A stretch of DNA of 32,000 bases, taken from the NCBI GenBank assembly GCA_042216675.1, contig JBDGTS010000007.1, positions 14,009 through 46,008 on the forward strand. Direction: 5' to 3'. A program made the position numbers and the translations under genes. Position 1 is the first letter of the stretch. Each line of letters opens with the position of its first letter. Below the pieces are notes generated by a model. The model saw nothing but the letters and a program-made list of their open reading frames with translations. It was not told where the DNA came from and made no database searches. Of the stretch, positions 14,725 through 23,992 are shown in pieces. This DNA is from Halobacteriaceae archaeon. Its GTDB lineage: Archaea; Halobacteriota; Halobacteria; Halobacteriales; Halobacteriaceae.

Positions 14725-15714
14725 ATGAAATTCGGCATCTTCCCCACCGAAGGGGGACGCAACTTCGACGACGCCGTCGAGGAGTGCAAACTCGCGGAGG
14801 ACGTCGGTTTCGACTCCGCGTGGGTCAACGACCATCAGGCGACGGAGGGTGAGAACTACTGGCCCGCGCCGCTGGCGCGGCAGGCCGGCATCGCGACGAC
14901 GACCGACGAACTCGAACTGGTGACGGCGGTCATGATTCTGCCGCTGTACCACCCGCTCCACGTCGCCCAGCGCGCGGCGCAGTTGGACCTGATGTCCGAC
15001 GGCCGCCTCACGCTCGGCGTCGGGCTGGGCTACGTGCCAAAGGAGTTCGAGGCGTTCGGCGTCCCGATGGACGAGCGTGCGGGCCGACAGATCGAGGGCG
15101 TGAAGTTCCTCGATAAGTTCTTCCGCGCCGACGGTCCCATCGACTTCGAGTGCCCGTTCTTCGAGGTCGAGGACTGGCAGCCCCTCCCCGAACCCGTGCA
15201 GGAGCCGCGCCCGCCGCTCTGGATCGGCGGCTGGGGCGACAAACAGCTCCGCCGCTCCGTGCAGTTCAGCGACGCGTGGGTGCCGGGCGTCGTCGTCGAC
15301 AACGAGGGCGTCGAGAAGCGCACGCACAAGCTGAAGGGCATGGTCGAGGACATGGACAAGGACTGGGACTCGATGGCCCACCCGCTGATGCGCGAGGGCG
15401 TCATCGCCGAGACCCACGAGGAGGCCGTCGAACTCGGGAAGGAGTACCTGTATCAGTCCTACCTCGACGAGTACGGCGGGGAGTTCGAGCACCCCTACAT
15501 CGAGCAGGAGGACCTCGAAACCTTCGAGAAACTCGCCGAGGACCACTTCCTCGTTGGCACGCCCAACGAGGTCATCGAGCAGATCGAGGACATGAAGAGC
15601 CGGTTCGCGCTGGACCACCTCGCCGTGCGCTTCCACCACTCCGGCATGCCCGGCGACAAGGTGCGCGAACAGATTGAACTGTTCGGCGACGAAGTGCTGC
15701 CGGCCTTCGAGTGA
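14725..15714 (+). CDS. LLM-class (luciferase-like) flavin- or F420-dependent oxidoreductase
   Basis: 329 aa. Begins MKFGIF...GFDSAWVNDH and contains LGVGLGY and PPLWIGG, a typical luciferase-like monooxygenase fold pattern. Confidence 0.85.
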   Translation: MKFGIFPTEGGRNFDDAVEECKLAEDVGFDSAWVNDHQATEGENYWPAPLARQAGIATTTDELELVTAVMILPLYHPLHVAQRAAQLDLMSDGRLTLGVGLGYVPKEFEAFGVPMDERAGRQIEGVKFLDKFFRADGPIDFECPFFEVEDWQPLPEPVQEPRPPLWIGGWGDKQLRRSVQFSDAWVPGVVVDNEGVEKRTHKLKGMVEDMDKDWDSMAHPLMREGVIAETHEEAVELGKEYLYQSYLDEYGGEFEHPYIEQEDLETFEKLAEDHFLVGTPNEVIEQIEDMKSRFALDHLAVRFHHSGMPGDKVREQIELFGDEVLPAFE

Positions 15715-15735
15715 CGGCCGACTTCCCGCGCCCGT

Positions 15736-18633
15736 TCAGGGCGCCGGCCCGTACAGTTCGACCTCCAGCAGTTCGAGGTAGGTGCGCCCGCTCTCGCGGT
15801 CCGACTGGTGTGTCTCGCCCGTTATCTCGACGATTTCCTCGAAGGCGTCCTCGGCGAGCGTCGCGCCTTCGAGAGCGACGGTCACGTACTGCCCGTCCGT
15901 CGGGTCGAAGGTGACGTGGTCGTAGGCGAGCGTCTGCCCGACCGTCCCCCGCCAGACTTCCTCGTCGTCGACGGCGACCCGGATGGGATACTCCGTCGTG
16001 CGGTGACCGGCGACCTTCAGTCGGAGTTCGCCGACGGTTCGCTCGCCCCCGAGGTCGAAGCGTATCCACGCTCGCTCGGGGTCGTCCGCGCTCCGCCAAC
16101 CGCTGTTCTCGTCGTCGTCGACCGTGTTCGCCGCGCCCTCGGCGTTCGACCCGGCCGTGACTGCCTCGGGAGTCCACGGCAGTCGCGTCTCGTCGTACGC
16201 GATGCCGTCCGGCGTCGGGCCGCGGTCGAGGTTCGACGGGAGTCCGTCGCCGGGTTCGTGGGGCGTCAGACCGCCCGCCAGTTCGATGGGCTCCGTCTCC
16301 AGTTCGACCGTCGCGGGGTCGAGACCGTCGCTCCGCGCCGTCACTGTCACGGTCCCGGGGACGAGCGTGGAGCGCACGAGAGCGCGGTTGACGCCGAGTT
16401 CGACCGGCAGGTCCGCGTCGAGGACGTGGTTTTCTGGCCCCTCGGCGATGCCGCCGCGCCACTCGGCCGGCCCCTCGACCTCGAATTCCACGTCGTCGAA
16501 CGCGAGGGGGTGACGACGGCCCTCGTCGTCGACGACTTCGACTTCGAGGAGTGCCACGTCGTGGCCGTCCGCGCGCCAGCCGTCGGGGCTGGTCTCCGCG
16601 GTCAGTTCGAGCGCCGTCGGCTCACCGACCGTCTCCTCGACGGCCTCACACACCTGCTCGCCAGCCGCGTCGTAGCCGACGGCCCGAAGTTCGCCGGGTT
16701 CGAACGCAACGTCCGCGAACGTGAAGACGAACCGCTCGGAGCGCTCGCCCTCGCCGAGCGACTCGCCGTTGCGGAACAACTCGACGGATTCGGCGCTTGA
16801 GACGACCGTCACGTCCCGAACCGTGTCCGAATCGTAGTTCCAGTGCCCGAGGATGACCGCGTGGTGCGTCTCGGGTTCGACCCAGCCGTCCCAGATGGCC
16901 TCGTGCGCGTGGAACGCCTCCTTGGGGATGCGCATCGGGTCCGTCTCGCCGCTCCGGCGGTAGTTGTCCTCGCCGCGGTAGTGGGTGTTCGTGTCGCTGA
17001 AGATGATGTTCTGGCCGCCCGAACTCACGCGCTGCCCGGTGCCGGGGCGCTCGCGCCAGTACTCCCACCAGCGCACCACGTCCTCGACGGTGAACGTGTC
17101 CTGATTCAGGTTGTAGCGCTCGCCTTCGCCCTCCCCTTCGCCGTCCTCGTGGTACGGCGGAGAGTCCTCGTCCCAGTAGCGACGCGAGGCCTCGCTCCGG
17201 TTGTACTCGGTGGCGAACAGCGGTTTGTCCGCGCTCTTGTTCACGTAGAGCATCTCGCCGCCCCACTCCGCAACGTCGCTGTCGAGCATCTCGCGACAGC
17301 CCATCGCCCGCCCGCCGTGCGGGTCGAAGCGGTCGCGGAGACGGACGAGTTCGGCCATGTGCTCCTCGCTGATGGCCTCGTTGCCGCCCTCGTAGAAGAC
17401 GACGCTGGGATTGTTTCGGTTGTAGATGATGGCGTCGCGCATCAGTTCGACGCGCTGGTCCCAGTGACGCCCCTCGCTGTCGCTCTCGGCGTCGCCGGCG
17501 GGCAGGAGTTGGATGAGGCCCATCCGGTCACAGGACTCGACGTCCTGTTTCCACGGCGTGACGTGCATCCAGCGCACGACGTTCGCGTTCCCCTCGACCA
17601 TCATGCCGTTCGAGAAGTCGCTGAGCCACGCGGGGACGCTCCGTCCGATGGCGGGCCACTCGTTGGTCGTCCGCTGGGCGTAGCCCTTGAGTTGGATGGT
17701 TCGGTCGTTGAGTTCGACGCGGCCGTTCTCGAAGTTCGTCTTCCGGAAGCCGGTGGTCGTCGTCACCGTGTCCACCACCTCACCGTCGACTGTGAGGCGC
17801 GTCTCTACGTCGTAGAGGTAGCCGTAGCCCCAACTCCAGAACTCGAGGTCGGAGACGTCGGCGTTGGCGTCGAGGGTGACGGTGGCGCCCGGCGGGACGG
17901 TGCGCTCGCCGCCGTCGAACTCGGCCACCGTCTCGCCGTCCGGGTCGCGCATCTCCACCTCGTAGCCCACCGTTCGCTCGGTGTCGTGTTCGTTGCGGAC
18001 CTCCGACTCGGCGGTGACCGTCGCCGTGTTCGCGTCGACGTCGATGTCGTCCGCGTACACGTAGACGCCCGTCGTCCCGAGCCACGAGTAGAGGGGAAGC
18101 GTCTGGTAGAGTTTGTCGGTGAGGTGGAGTTTGACGTTCTTCGTCACGCCGCCGTAGTTGGCGTTGAAGTTGCGGTCGGCCCACCGGAACGTCTCGCCAG
18201 TCGCCGCCTCCTCGTAGTCCCAGTCGTTGTCGACGCGCACTGCGAGGACGTTCTCGCCGTCGGGGTCGACCTGTGCGGTGAGGTCGAAGCCGAAGGCCAT
18301 CACGCCGTTCTCGTGGCGGCCGAGGAACTCGCCGTTCAGGTACACCTCCGCGGCCTGTCGGACGCCCTCGAACTCCACGAATGCCTTCTTCTCCGCGGTG
18401 CCCTCGGGGAGCGTGAACGTCTTTCGGTACCACGCGACGCCCGTCGAGAGGCCGTAGATGTCCTCGCGGAACGCCTCGTCCTCGTTCCACGCGTGCGGGA
18501 CGCTCACCTGCTCCCAGCCGCCGTCGTCGAACGACGGGTCCGCCGCGCCGTCGGGGTCGCCGACGCGGACCCGCCAGTCGGGGTTCATGCTGTACGTCTC
18601 ACGGGACCAATCAGGATCGGATTCGGGCGTCAT
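15736..18633 (-). CDS. glycoside hydrolase family 2 protein with a C-terminal F5/8 type C (discoidin)-like domain
   Basis: The ATG at 18633 (MTPESDPDW...) is internal to the 1460-aa track ORF, whose first 495 codons are antisense to the GH4 gene. Contains a GH2 sugar-binding region (WRVRVGDP...WEQVSVPHAWN...WYRKTF) and NRNNPSVVFYEGGNE (acid/base). No signal peptide. 965 aa. Confidence 0.9.
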   Translation of the reverse strand: MTPESDPDWSRETYSMNPDWRVRVGDPDGAADPSFDDGGWEQVSVPHAWNEDEAFREDIYGLSTGVAWYRKTFTLPEGTAEKKAFVEFEGVRQAAEVYLNGEFLGRHENGVMAFGFDLTAQVDPDGENVLAVRVDNDWDYEEAATGETFRWADRNFNANYGGVTKNVKLHLTDKLYQTLPLYSWLGTTGVYVYADDIDVDANTATVTAESEVRNEHDTERTVGYEVEMRDPDGETVAEFDGGERTVPPGATVTLDANADVSDLEFWSWGYGYLYDVETRLTVDGEVVDTVTTTTGFRKTNFENGRVELNDRTIQLKGYAQRTTNEWPAIGRSVPAWLSDFSNGMMVEGNANVVRWMHVTPWKQDVESCDRMGLIQLLPAGDAESDSEGRHWDQRVELMRDAIIYNRNNPSVVFYEGGNEAISEEHMAELVRLRDRFDPHGGRAMGCREMLDSDVAEWGGEMLYVNKSADKPLFATEYNRSEASRRYWDEDSPPYHEDGEGEGEGERYNLNQDTFTVEDVVRWWEYWRERPGTGQRVSSGGQNIIFSDTNTHYRGEDNYRRSGETDPMRIPKEAFHAHEAIWDGWVEPETHHAVILGHWNYDSDTVRDVTVVSSAESVELFRNGESLGEGERSERFVFTFADVAFEPGELRAVGYDAAGEQVCEAVEETVGEPTALELTAETSPDGWRADGHDVALLEVEVVDDEGRRHPLAFDDVEFEVEGPAEWRGGIAEGPENHVLDADLPVELGVNRALVRSTLVPGTVTVTARSDGLDPATVELETEPIELAGGLTPHEPGDGLPSNLDRGPTPDGIAYDETRLPWTPEAVTAGSNAEGAANTVDDDENSGWRSADDPERAWIRFDLGGERTVGELRLKVAGHRTTEYPIRVAVDDEEVWRGTVGQTLAYDHVTFDPTDGQYVTVALEGATLAEDAFEEIVEITGETHQSDRESGRTYLELLEVELYGPAP

Positions 18634-18774
18634 GGGGAATCTCTCGAACTGGTGGGATGCCGACGAGTGGCCACTTATACGTACGGGTCGGCGAAGGGCC
18701 GCGGCGACCCGGTAAACCCGACGCCTCTGCTCCAAGAGACACCTTTTTGGTGTGGTCCCGCATTCCACAGGCGT

Positions 18775-20217
18775 ATGCATCAACTGCAGACGGAATCCGA
18801 GGCCGACGCGGCCGAGGTGTCCGACGTGAAAATCGGCTACGTCGGCGGCGGCAGTCAGGGCTGGGCGCACACACTCATCAACGACCTCGCGCAGTGCGAG
18901 GACATCTCCGGCGAAGTCGCACTGTACGACGTGCACTACGAACCCGCCGAGAAGAACGCGCAACTCGGCAATCAGGTCATGGACCGGGACGACGCGCCCG
19001 GCGACTGGGACTTCGCGGCCTACCGCGAGATGGACGACGCTCTCGCGGACGCCGACTTCGTCATCTGCTCGATTCAGGACCCGCCCGAGGAGACGTTCAA
19101 ACACGACCTCGACATCCCCAAGGAGTACGGCGTCTTCCAGACGGTCGGCGACACCGTCGGCCCGGGCGGGGCCGTCCGCTCCCTGCGCGCCATCCCCCAG
19201 TACCGCGAAATCGCGGCCACCATCCGGGAGCAGTGTCCCGACGCGTGGGTCATCAACTACACGAACCCGATGACCGTCTGCACGCGGGCGCTGTACGAGG
19301 AGTACCCCGACATCAACGCCATCGGTCTCTGTCACGAGGTGTTCGGCGCCCAGCGCAAGTTCGCCGAACTCGCCGAGGAGTACGTCGACGAGGCCGAGGA
19401 CGTCGACATCGACGAAATCGACGTGAACGTGAAGGGCGTCAACCACTTCACGTGGATCGACGAGGCGTACTGGAACGGCCACGACGTGTTCCAGTACCTC
19501 GACGACAAACTCGAGGAAATCGGCCCGCTCCCCCGCTTCGAACAGGGCGAGTTCGACGACGAGTCCTACTGGACGAACAAGGGCGACGTCTGCTACGACC
19601 TGTACGACCGGTTCGGGATGCTCGGCGCGGCGGGCGACCGGCACCTCGTGGAGTTCGTGCCGTGGTACCTCGACATCGACGAGGAGTCCGAAATCCAGCG
19701 TTGGGGCACCCGCTGTACGCCCTCCAGCGCTCGCGTCGCCGGTGAGCAGGACGTCTCGGAGGCGTCCCGCACCGAGCAGTATCTCTCCGGCGAGGAGGAG
19801 TTCGAGTTCCGAGAGTCCGGCGAGGAAGCGGTGCCCATCATGCGCGCACTGCTGGGCCTCCAGCCGCTGAAGACGCACCTCAACCACCCCAACGTGGGGC
19901 AGATTCCGGACCTGCCTGAGGGCGCCGTCGTGGAGACGAACGCGCTCATCACGGGCGACAGCGTTCGGCCCATCACCGCCGGCGAACTCACGCGCCCGAT
20001 TCGGAACCTCGTCCTCACGGCCGTCCACAATCAGGAGACGCTCATCGAGGCCGGCTTCGAGGGCGACCTCGACCTCGCCTATCAGGCGTTCCTCAACGAA
20101 CCGCTCGTCAACGTCCAACCCGACGAGGCCGAGCAGATGTTCCGCGACCTCGTCGAGGTCGAACGCGACTACCTGCAGGACTACAACCTCGACACCGCCG
20201 ACGTGATGCAGGACTAG
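18775..20217 (+). CDS. glycoside hydrolase family 4 (NAD+/Mn2+-dependent; alpha-galacturonidase, alpha-glucuronidase or alpha-galactosidase type)
   Basis: The ATG at 18775 is internal to track ORF 16843-20217. Contains KIGYVGGGSQGW (Rossmann), NYTNPM and GLCHEV (GH4 Cys-His). 480 aa. A TATA-like CCTTTTTGG lies about 28 nt upstream. Confidence 0.9.
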   Translation: MHQLQTESEADAAEVSDVKIGYVGGGSQGWAHTLINDLAQCEDISGEVALYDVHYEPAEKNAQLGNQVMDRDDAPGDWDFAAYREMDDALADADFVICSIQDPPEETFKHDLDIPKEYGVFQTVGDTVGPGGAVRSLRAIPQYREIAATIREQCPDAWVINYTNPMTVCTRALYEEYPDINAIGLCHEVFGAQRKFAELAEEYVDEAEDVDIDEIDVNVKGVNHFTWIDEAYWNGHDVFQYLDDKLEEIGPLPRFEQGEFDDESYWTNKGDVCYDLYDRFGMLGAAGDRHLVEFVPWYLDIDEESEIQRWGTRCTPSSARVAGEQDVSEASRTEQYLSGEEEFEFRESGEEAVPIMRALLGLQPLKTHLNHPNVGQIPDLPEGAVVETNALITGDSVRPITAGELTRPIRNLVLTAVHNQETLIEAGFEGDLDLAYQAFLNEPLVNVQPDEAEQMFRDLVEVERDYLQDYNLDTADVMQD

Positions 20218-23200
20218 TCGGTCCTGAGTTCGACTTCCTTCTCGACGCGCAGTTCGACCGGGCCGCGCAGGCCCGACGCGGTCTGCCCCTCGTACACGTA
20301 GCGGGTCGGTGTCTCCGTCGCGAAGTGGTTGGCGACGGTGTTCGCGACGCGCACGGTCACCTCGTTCTCGCCGGGGTCGACGGCGTCAGTCACGTCGACT
20401 TCGAACGGCCGCGAGAACACGGTGTCCACCGTCTCGCCGTCGACGGCGACTTCGGCGGTCACCGCCACGTCGCCGAGGTCCAGAACCACCCTGTCGCCGT
20501 CGTCGGTGTCGGGCACCTCGACCGTCCGGCGGTACTCCGCGATGCCCGAGAAGGAGTCGAGGCCGAGTTCCCGCCAGTCGCCCGCGTCGACGCGGCCCTC
20601 CTCGACGGTCAGCGGAACGGGCGTCTCCCACGCCGCCCCGCGGTTGTAGCCGTCGAGCAGTTCCGTACGGACGACGACTGTCGTGGCCGTCGTCGCGGGC
20701 GCGTCGAGTTCGACGCGGCCCGAGGGCGTCGCGTGTTCCACGCCGTCGACCCACGCCCTCGTCGGCCCTCGGGTGGGCAGGAGGAACGACGTCGTGCCCG
20801 GCGGGAGCGCGAACGCGAACCACGCCACGTCGTCGCGCCACGGGCGCGGTTCGAACCGGAGCGCCCCCGTCTCGAAGAACCACCGGACGCGGGGGACGTG
20901 GTCCATGTTCATCACGTGCGCCGTCGGCGGCGCGGGTTCGAGGGCGACGTGTGTCTCGGTGTCCGGTTCGACGACGATGTGTATCGGGACGGTGCCCTCG
21001 GGAACGTCCAGTTCGACCGACCCCGCCTCGTCGGGGACGGCGACGGGTTCGCCATCGACGCGCAAACTTTGGATGCCGGCGCCGTGGTGACAGGTCACTG
21101 TCTGGGCGTCCTCGCTCACCGCCGCCGACCAGAAGTGCGTGACACCATCGCCGGCGGGCGAAACGAGGAAGTCGTCGGAGACGACGCCGTTGTGGCCGTG
21201 GTCGTCGGGGTGGGTCCCCGGCTTGCCCACGTCGAGGGAGAACTCGTAGAGTGCCCATCCTTCGTCGTCCTCGTCCGGCGTCCGCACGTCGGCGTCCGCG
21301 GGCACGTCCGCCCGGCGCCAGAAGTGCGCGCCGTAGTCCACGAGCGCGTTGTCCCACCCCTCGATGGGGCCGGTGTACCACTCCTCTTCGACGCCGTCCT
21401 CATCGGAGTCCTCCAGTCGATAGGCGAAGGCCCGCACCTCCGGACCGATCTGTGGTTCGGTGTCCGGATACCGGAAGTCCGCGTACGTGTTGTCCAGGGT
21501 CGGCTCCAGCGAGAACGCCCAGTCCTCGCTCACGTCCACGGGGTCCGGTACGTCGACGCTCGCCGTGGCCGTGACCTCGGTGCCGTCCGCGACGGCCGTC
21601 GCCTCGTACTCGCCGGACTCGGCGGCGAGGCCGCGAACGGTCGTGCCCTGCTCGTCCGTCTCCACGGCCGTCACGCCGCCGAGGTCCGTGTCGGTGACGC
21701 CGACTCCCGGATCCGCGTGGCCGTCGAAGACGACCACTGCGAACTCGTGGGGCGCGAAGTCGAAGGTCAGGTCGGTGTGTGTGCCCTCGGCGTCGAACTC
21801 GTGAATCGGTTCGGCGGTGCCCGATTCGAGGTCCCAGCGCTCCGGGCGGCCGTCCGCGCGGAACGACGCCTCGACGGTGCGGGCCTCGTCGCGCGTGTTT
21901 AGGACGAGGTACACGTCCTGCCGACCGACGCGGCGGTGCGCGTGGAACACGTCGTCGGGCGCTTTCACGTCGCGGTTCACGAAGTCGTCGAGAACCTCGT
22001 CGAGGTCCGCCACGTCGTCCGCGACGACGCCGGCACCGCCGCTCTCGTGGTCGACGACGGGGTCGCCGTCGGCGGGCGGGCGCGCGTCGCCGAAGATGGC
22101 GTCCAGCGAGTTTTCGAGCGCCGGGTCGCCGGCGCCGCCCTCGACAGTCTCGTCTGGCAAGCGGCCCACCGAGACGACGACGCCGCCCTCGGCGACGAGT
22201 TCCGCGGCCGCCTCGACGACCTCGCGTCGGATCGTCGTCGCCGGGCCGAGGACGAACACGGGCGTCTCGCCGCCGCCGACGGCGAGGTCACCGTCCACGA
22301 CCCCGCCGTCCACGATGGTCTCGTGGTCCACGAGGAGGAGGTCGCTCACCGACTCGTAGAACGCCTCGGCCACCTCGCGGGTGCGGGCGTCGATGGCTTC
22401 GCCCTCGTCGGACATCTCGACGGGGTAGCGCGCGCCCGGCCCCTCTTTCTTCTCGTGGGCCGCGGCGCGGCGCTCCGCCTGCATCGTCGTGATGGGGTAG
22501 TGCATCGCCGCGTCGACGACCCGGTCGCCCTGACTGAACAGGTACATCAGGCGCGTGACGGCGTCGTTGAACGCGTCGGCGTGTTCCCAGTAGGGCTGAC
22601 GGAAGTGCGTGTCCGGCGGCGCGTGCTCGTACCAGCCACCGAGGGTCGTGTAGTAGAGGCCGTGCTTGTTGAAGCGATTGAGGCCGTAGCAGACGTTCTC
22701 GGCGATGCCGGCGTACTGCAGGCGCGGCGGGAAGCCCCACCCGGTCGTGTGGAACAGTTCGCCCCACACCCGGTCGCGGCCGTAGTTCTCGGCGATGGAG
22801 GACGCCACCTTCGCGTCGAAGAACGTCCGGGTGCCGATGCCCTCGAAGCGCCCGCCGTCGTCGTAGCCGGGCTCCTGAAACCACCGCATCGTCCGCATGT
22901 AGTCGCCGTACTCGGAGTGGTGTTCGGTGAGGTCCTCGCGACCCCAGTTGTCGTGTGCGAACTTCAGGCCGCGGCGTTCGTGCCACTCGTAGAGCGGTTC
23001 GAACCAGTTCTCCTCCAGCATCGTCGTCACGACGTCGTGGTAGCGGCTCCGGATGGCCCCGGTGTCGGCGCCACAATCCTCGAAGAGTGCGACGAGGTCC
23101 TCCGTCGGGTCCTCGCCCCAGTCGGCCTCGTAGCGCGCGAGGAGTCTGTCGTCGCAGGGAATCGTCCCCTGTAGCATGAACAGTTCGTCCTGGAACGTGC

Positions 23201-23990
23201 CGACGATGCTCTCGCCGAGATACTCGCCCAGTCGCTCGACGTAGGCCTCGTAGTGGTGTTCGATGACGCGGTCCACGGCGTCCCGCGTCGTCCGGCAGAG
23301 GCCCTCTGGCCGGTAACCGATACTCGCCACGTGCCAGTTGCCCTCGGGTGCGGTCCACTCGACGGCGCCGCCCTCGTGGTCGAGTTCGATGGCGCCCTCG
23401 GTGTCGAGGGTGCCGTCGTCGGCGCGGGGGTAGGCCGCCACAGAGAGCGGCGTGAAGTCCTCTCGGGGGTCGAGTTCGGCCGTCTCGCCGCCGGATACGT
23501 CGACGGCTTCCCGGTCGAGGACGTGGCCCTGCAGTTCCGGTCGCTCGTCGATTTCCTCCTCGACGGTGTCCTGCCAGTAGCGCTTCCACGACGGCGGACT
23601 GTGGTGGTACGTCTCGTCGTGAATCCACAGGTCCATCTCGAGGCGGTCACACTCCGACGCCGCGTGGTCCATCATCTCCCACCACTCCTCGGAGAAGTAG
23701 GACTGGCGGGGTCCCTCCGGCGGCCCTTCGGGGTACTTCATCTCGAAGCAGACGGCCTCGACGCCCTGCTCCGAGAGGGTTTCGAGTTGGTCGGTGATAC
23801 GCCCCCTCTCGAGGTCGTCGCCGTCCCACCACCAGAACGGGACGTTACCGAAGTCGGCGTGGGAGGGGTCGCTGAACCCCTCGATTAGCGCCTCGCGCTC
23901 GGTGCCCGCGCCCTCACGGTGGTCCGGTGCGGGCCTGTGGCTGATGGTGTCCTTCTGAATGTCGGGGTCCATCGGGTCCGGTCGTGGCAT
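20214..23990 (-). CDS. large cytoplasmic multidomain glycoside hydrolase, GH106-like (alpha-L-rhamnosidase type); family assignment tentative
   Basis: 1258 aa. The N-terminal NVPFWWWDGD motif and TIM-barrel-like region resemble the PF17132/GH106-type proteins I recall. The C-terminus is beta-sandwich (galactose-binding-like). Its start lies 2 nt after the stop of the upstream PL22 gene. No signal peptide. Confidence 0.7.
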   Translation of the reverse strand: MPRPDPMDPDIQKDTISHRPAPDHREGAGTEREALIEGFSDPSHADFGNVPFWWWDGDDLERGRITDQLETLSEQGVEAVCFEMKYPEGPPEGPRQSYFSEEWWEMMDHAASECDRLEMDLWIHDETYHHSPPSWKRYWQDTVEEEIDERPELQGHVLDREAVDVSGGETAELDPREDFTPLSVAAYPRADDGTLDTEGAIELDHEGGAVEWTAPEGNWHVASIGYRPEGLCRTTRDAVDRVIEHHYEAYVERLGEYLGESIVGTFQDELFMLQGTIPCDDRLLARYEADWGEDPTEDLVALFEDCGADTGAIRSRYHDVVTTMLEENWFEPLYEWHERRGLKFAHDNWGREDLTEHHSEYGDYMRTMRWFQEPGYDDGGRFEGIGTRTFFDAKVASSIAENYGRDRVWGELFHTTGWGFPPRLQYAGIAENVCYGLNRFNKHGLYYTTLGGWYEHAPPDTHFRQPYWEHADAFNDAVTRLMYLFSQGDRVVDAAMHYPITTMQAERRAAAHEKKEGPGARYPVEMSDEGEAIDARTREVAEAFYESVSDLLLVDHETIVDGGVVDGDLAVGGGETPVFVLGPATTIRREVVEAAAELVAEGGVVVSVGRLPDETVEGGAGDPALENSLDAIFGDARPPADGDPVVDHESGGAGVVADDVADLDEVLDDFVNRDVKAPDDVFHAHRRVGRQDVYLVLNTRDEARTVEASFRADGRPERWDLESGTAEPIHEFDAEGTHTDLTFDFAPHEFAVVVFDGHADPGVGVTDTDLGGVTAVETDEQGTTVRGLAAESGEYEATAVADGTEVTATASVDVPDPVDVSEDWAFSLEPTLDNTYADFRYPDTEPQIGPEVRAFAYRLEDSDEDGVEEEWYTGPIEGWDNALVDYGAHFWRRADVPADADVRTPDEDDEGWALYEFSLDVGKPGTHPDDHGHNGVVSDDFLVSPAGDGVTHFWSAAVSEDAQTVTCHHGAGIQSLRVDGEPVAVPDEAGSVELDVPEGTVPIHIVVEPDTETHVALEPAPPTAHVMNMDHVPRVRWFFETGALRFEPRPWRDDVAWFAFALPPGTTSFLLPTRGPTRAWVDGVEHATPSGRVELDAPATTATTVVVRTELLDGYNRGAAWETPVPLTVEEGRVDAGDWRELGLDSFSGIAEYRRTVEVPDTDDGDRVVLDLGDVAVTAEVAVDGETVDTVFSRPFEVDVTDAVDPGENEVTVRVANTVANHFATETPTRYVYEGQTASGLRGPVELRVEKEVELRTD

Positions 23991-23992
23991 CG

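Noticed and set aside
18634-20118. N-terminal 495 codons of the 1460-aa track ORF 15736-20118, which would make a giant fusion protein.
   Set aside because: This part is antisense to the well-supported GH4 gene (18775-20217). The GH2 homology begins at the internal ATG at 18633, which is preceded by a promoter-like AT-rich spacer. The same reasoning trims 7825-9630, 12853-14679, 16843-20217, 12135-13229, 25262-26632 and 28913-30106.
20214-20217. Convergent GH4 and GH106-like genes share overlapping stop codons through the palindrome CTAG.
   Set aside because: This is real but trivial. It is a 3-4 nt overlap of convergent genes with no further structure. It is noted only because it leaves no intergenic terminator.
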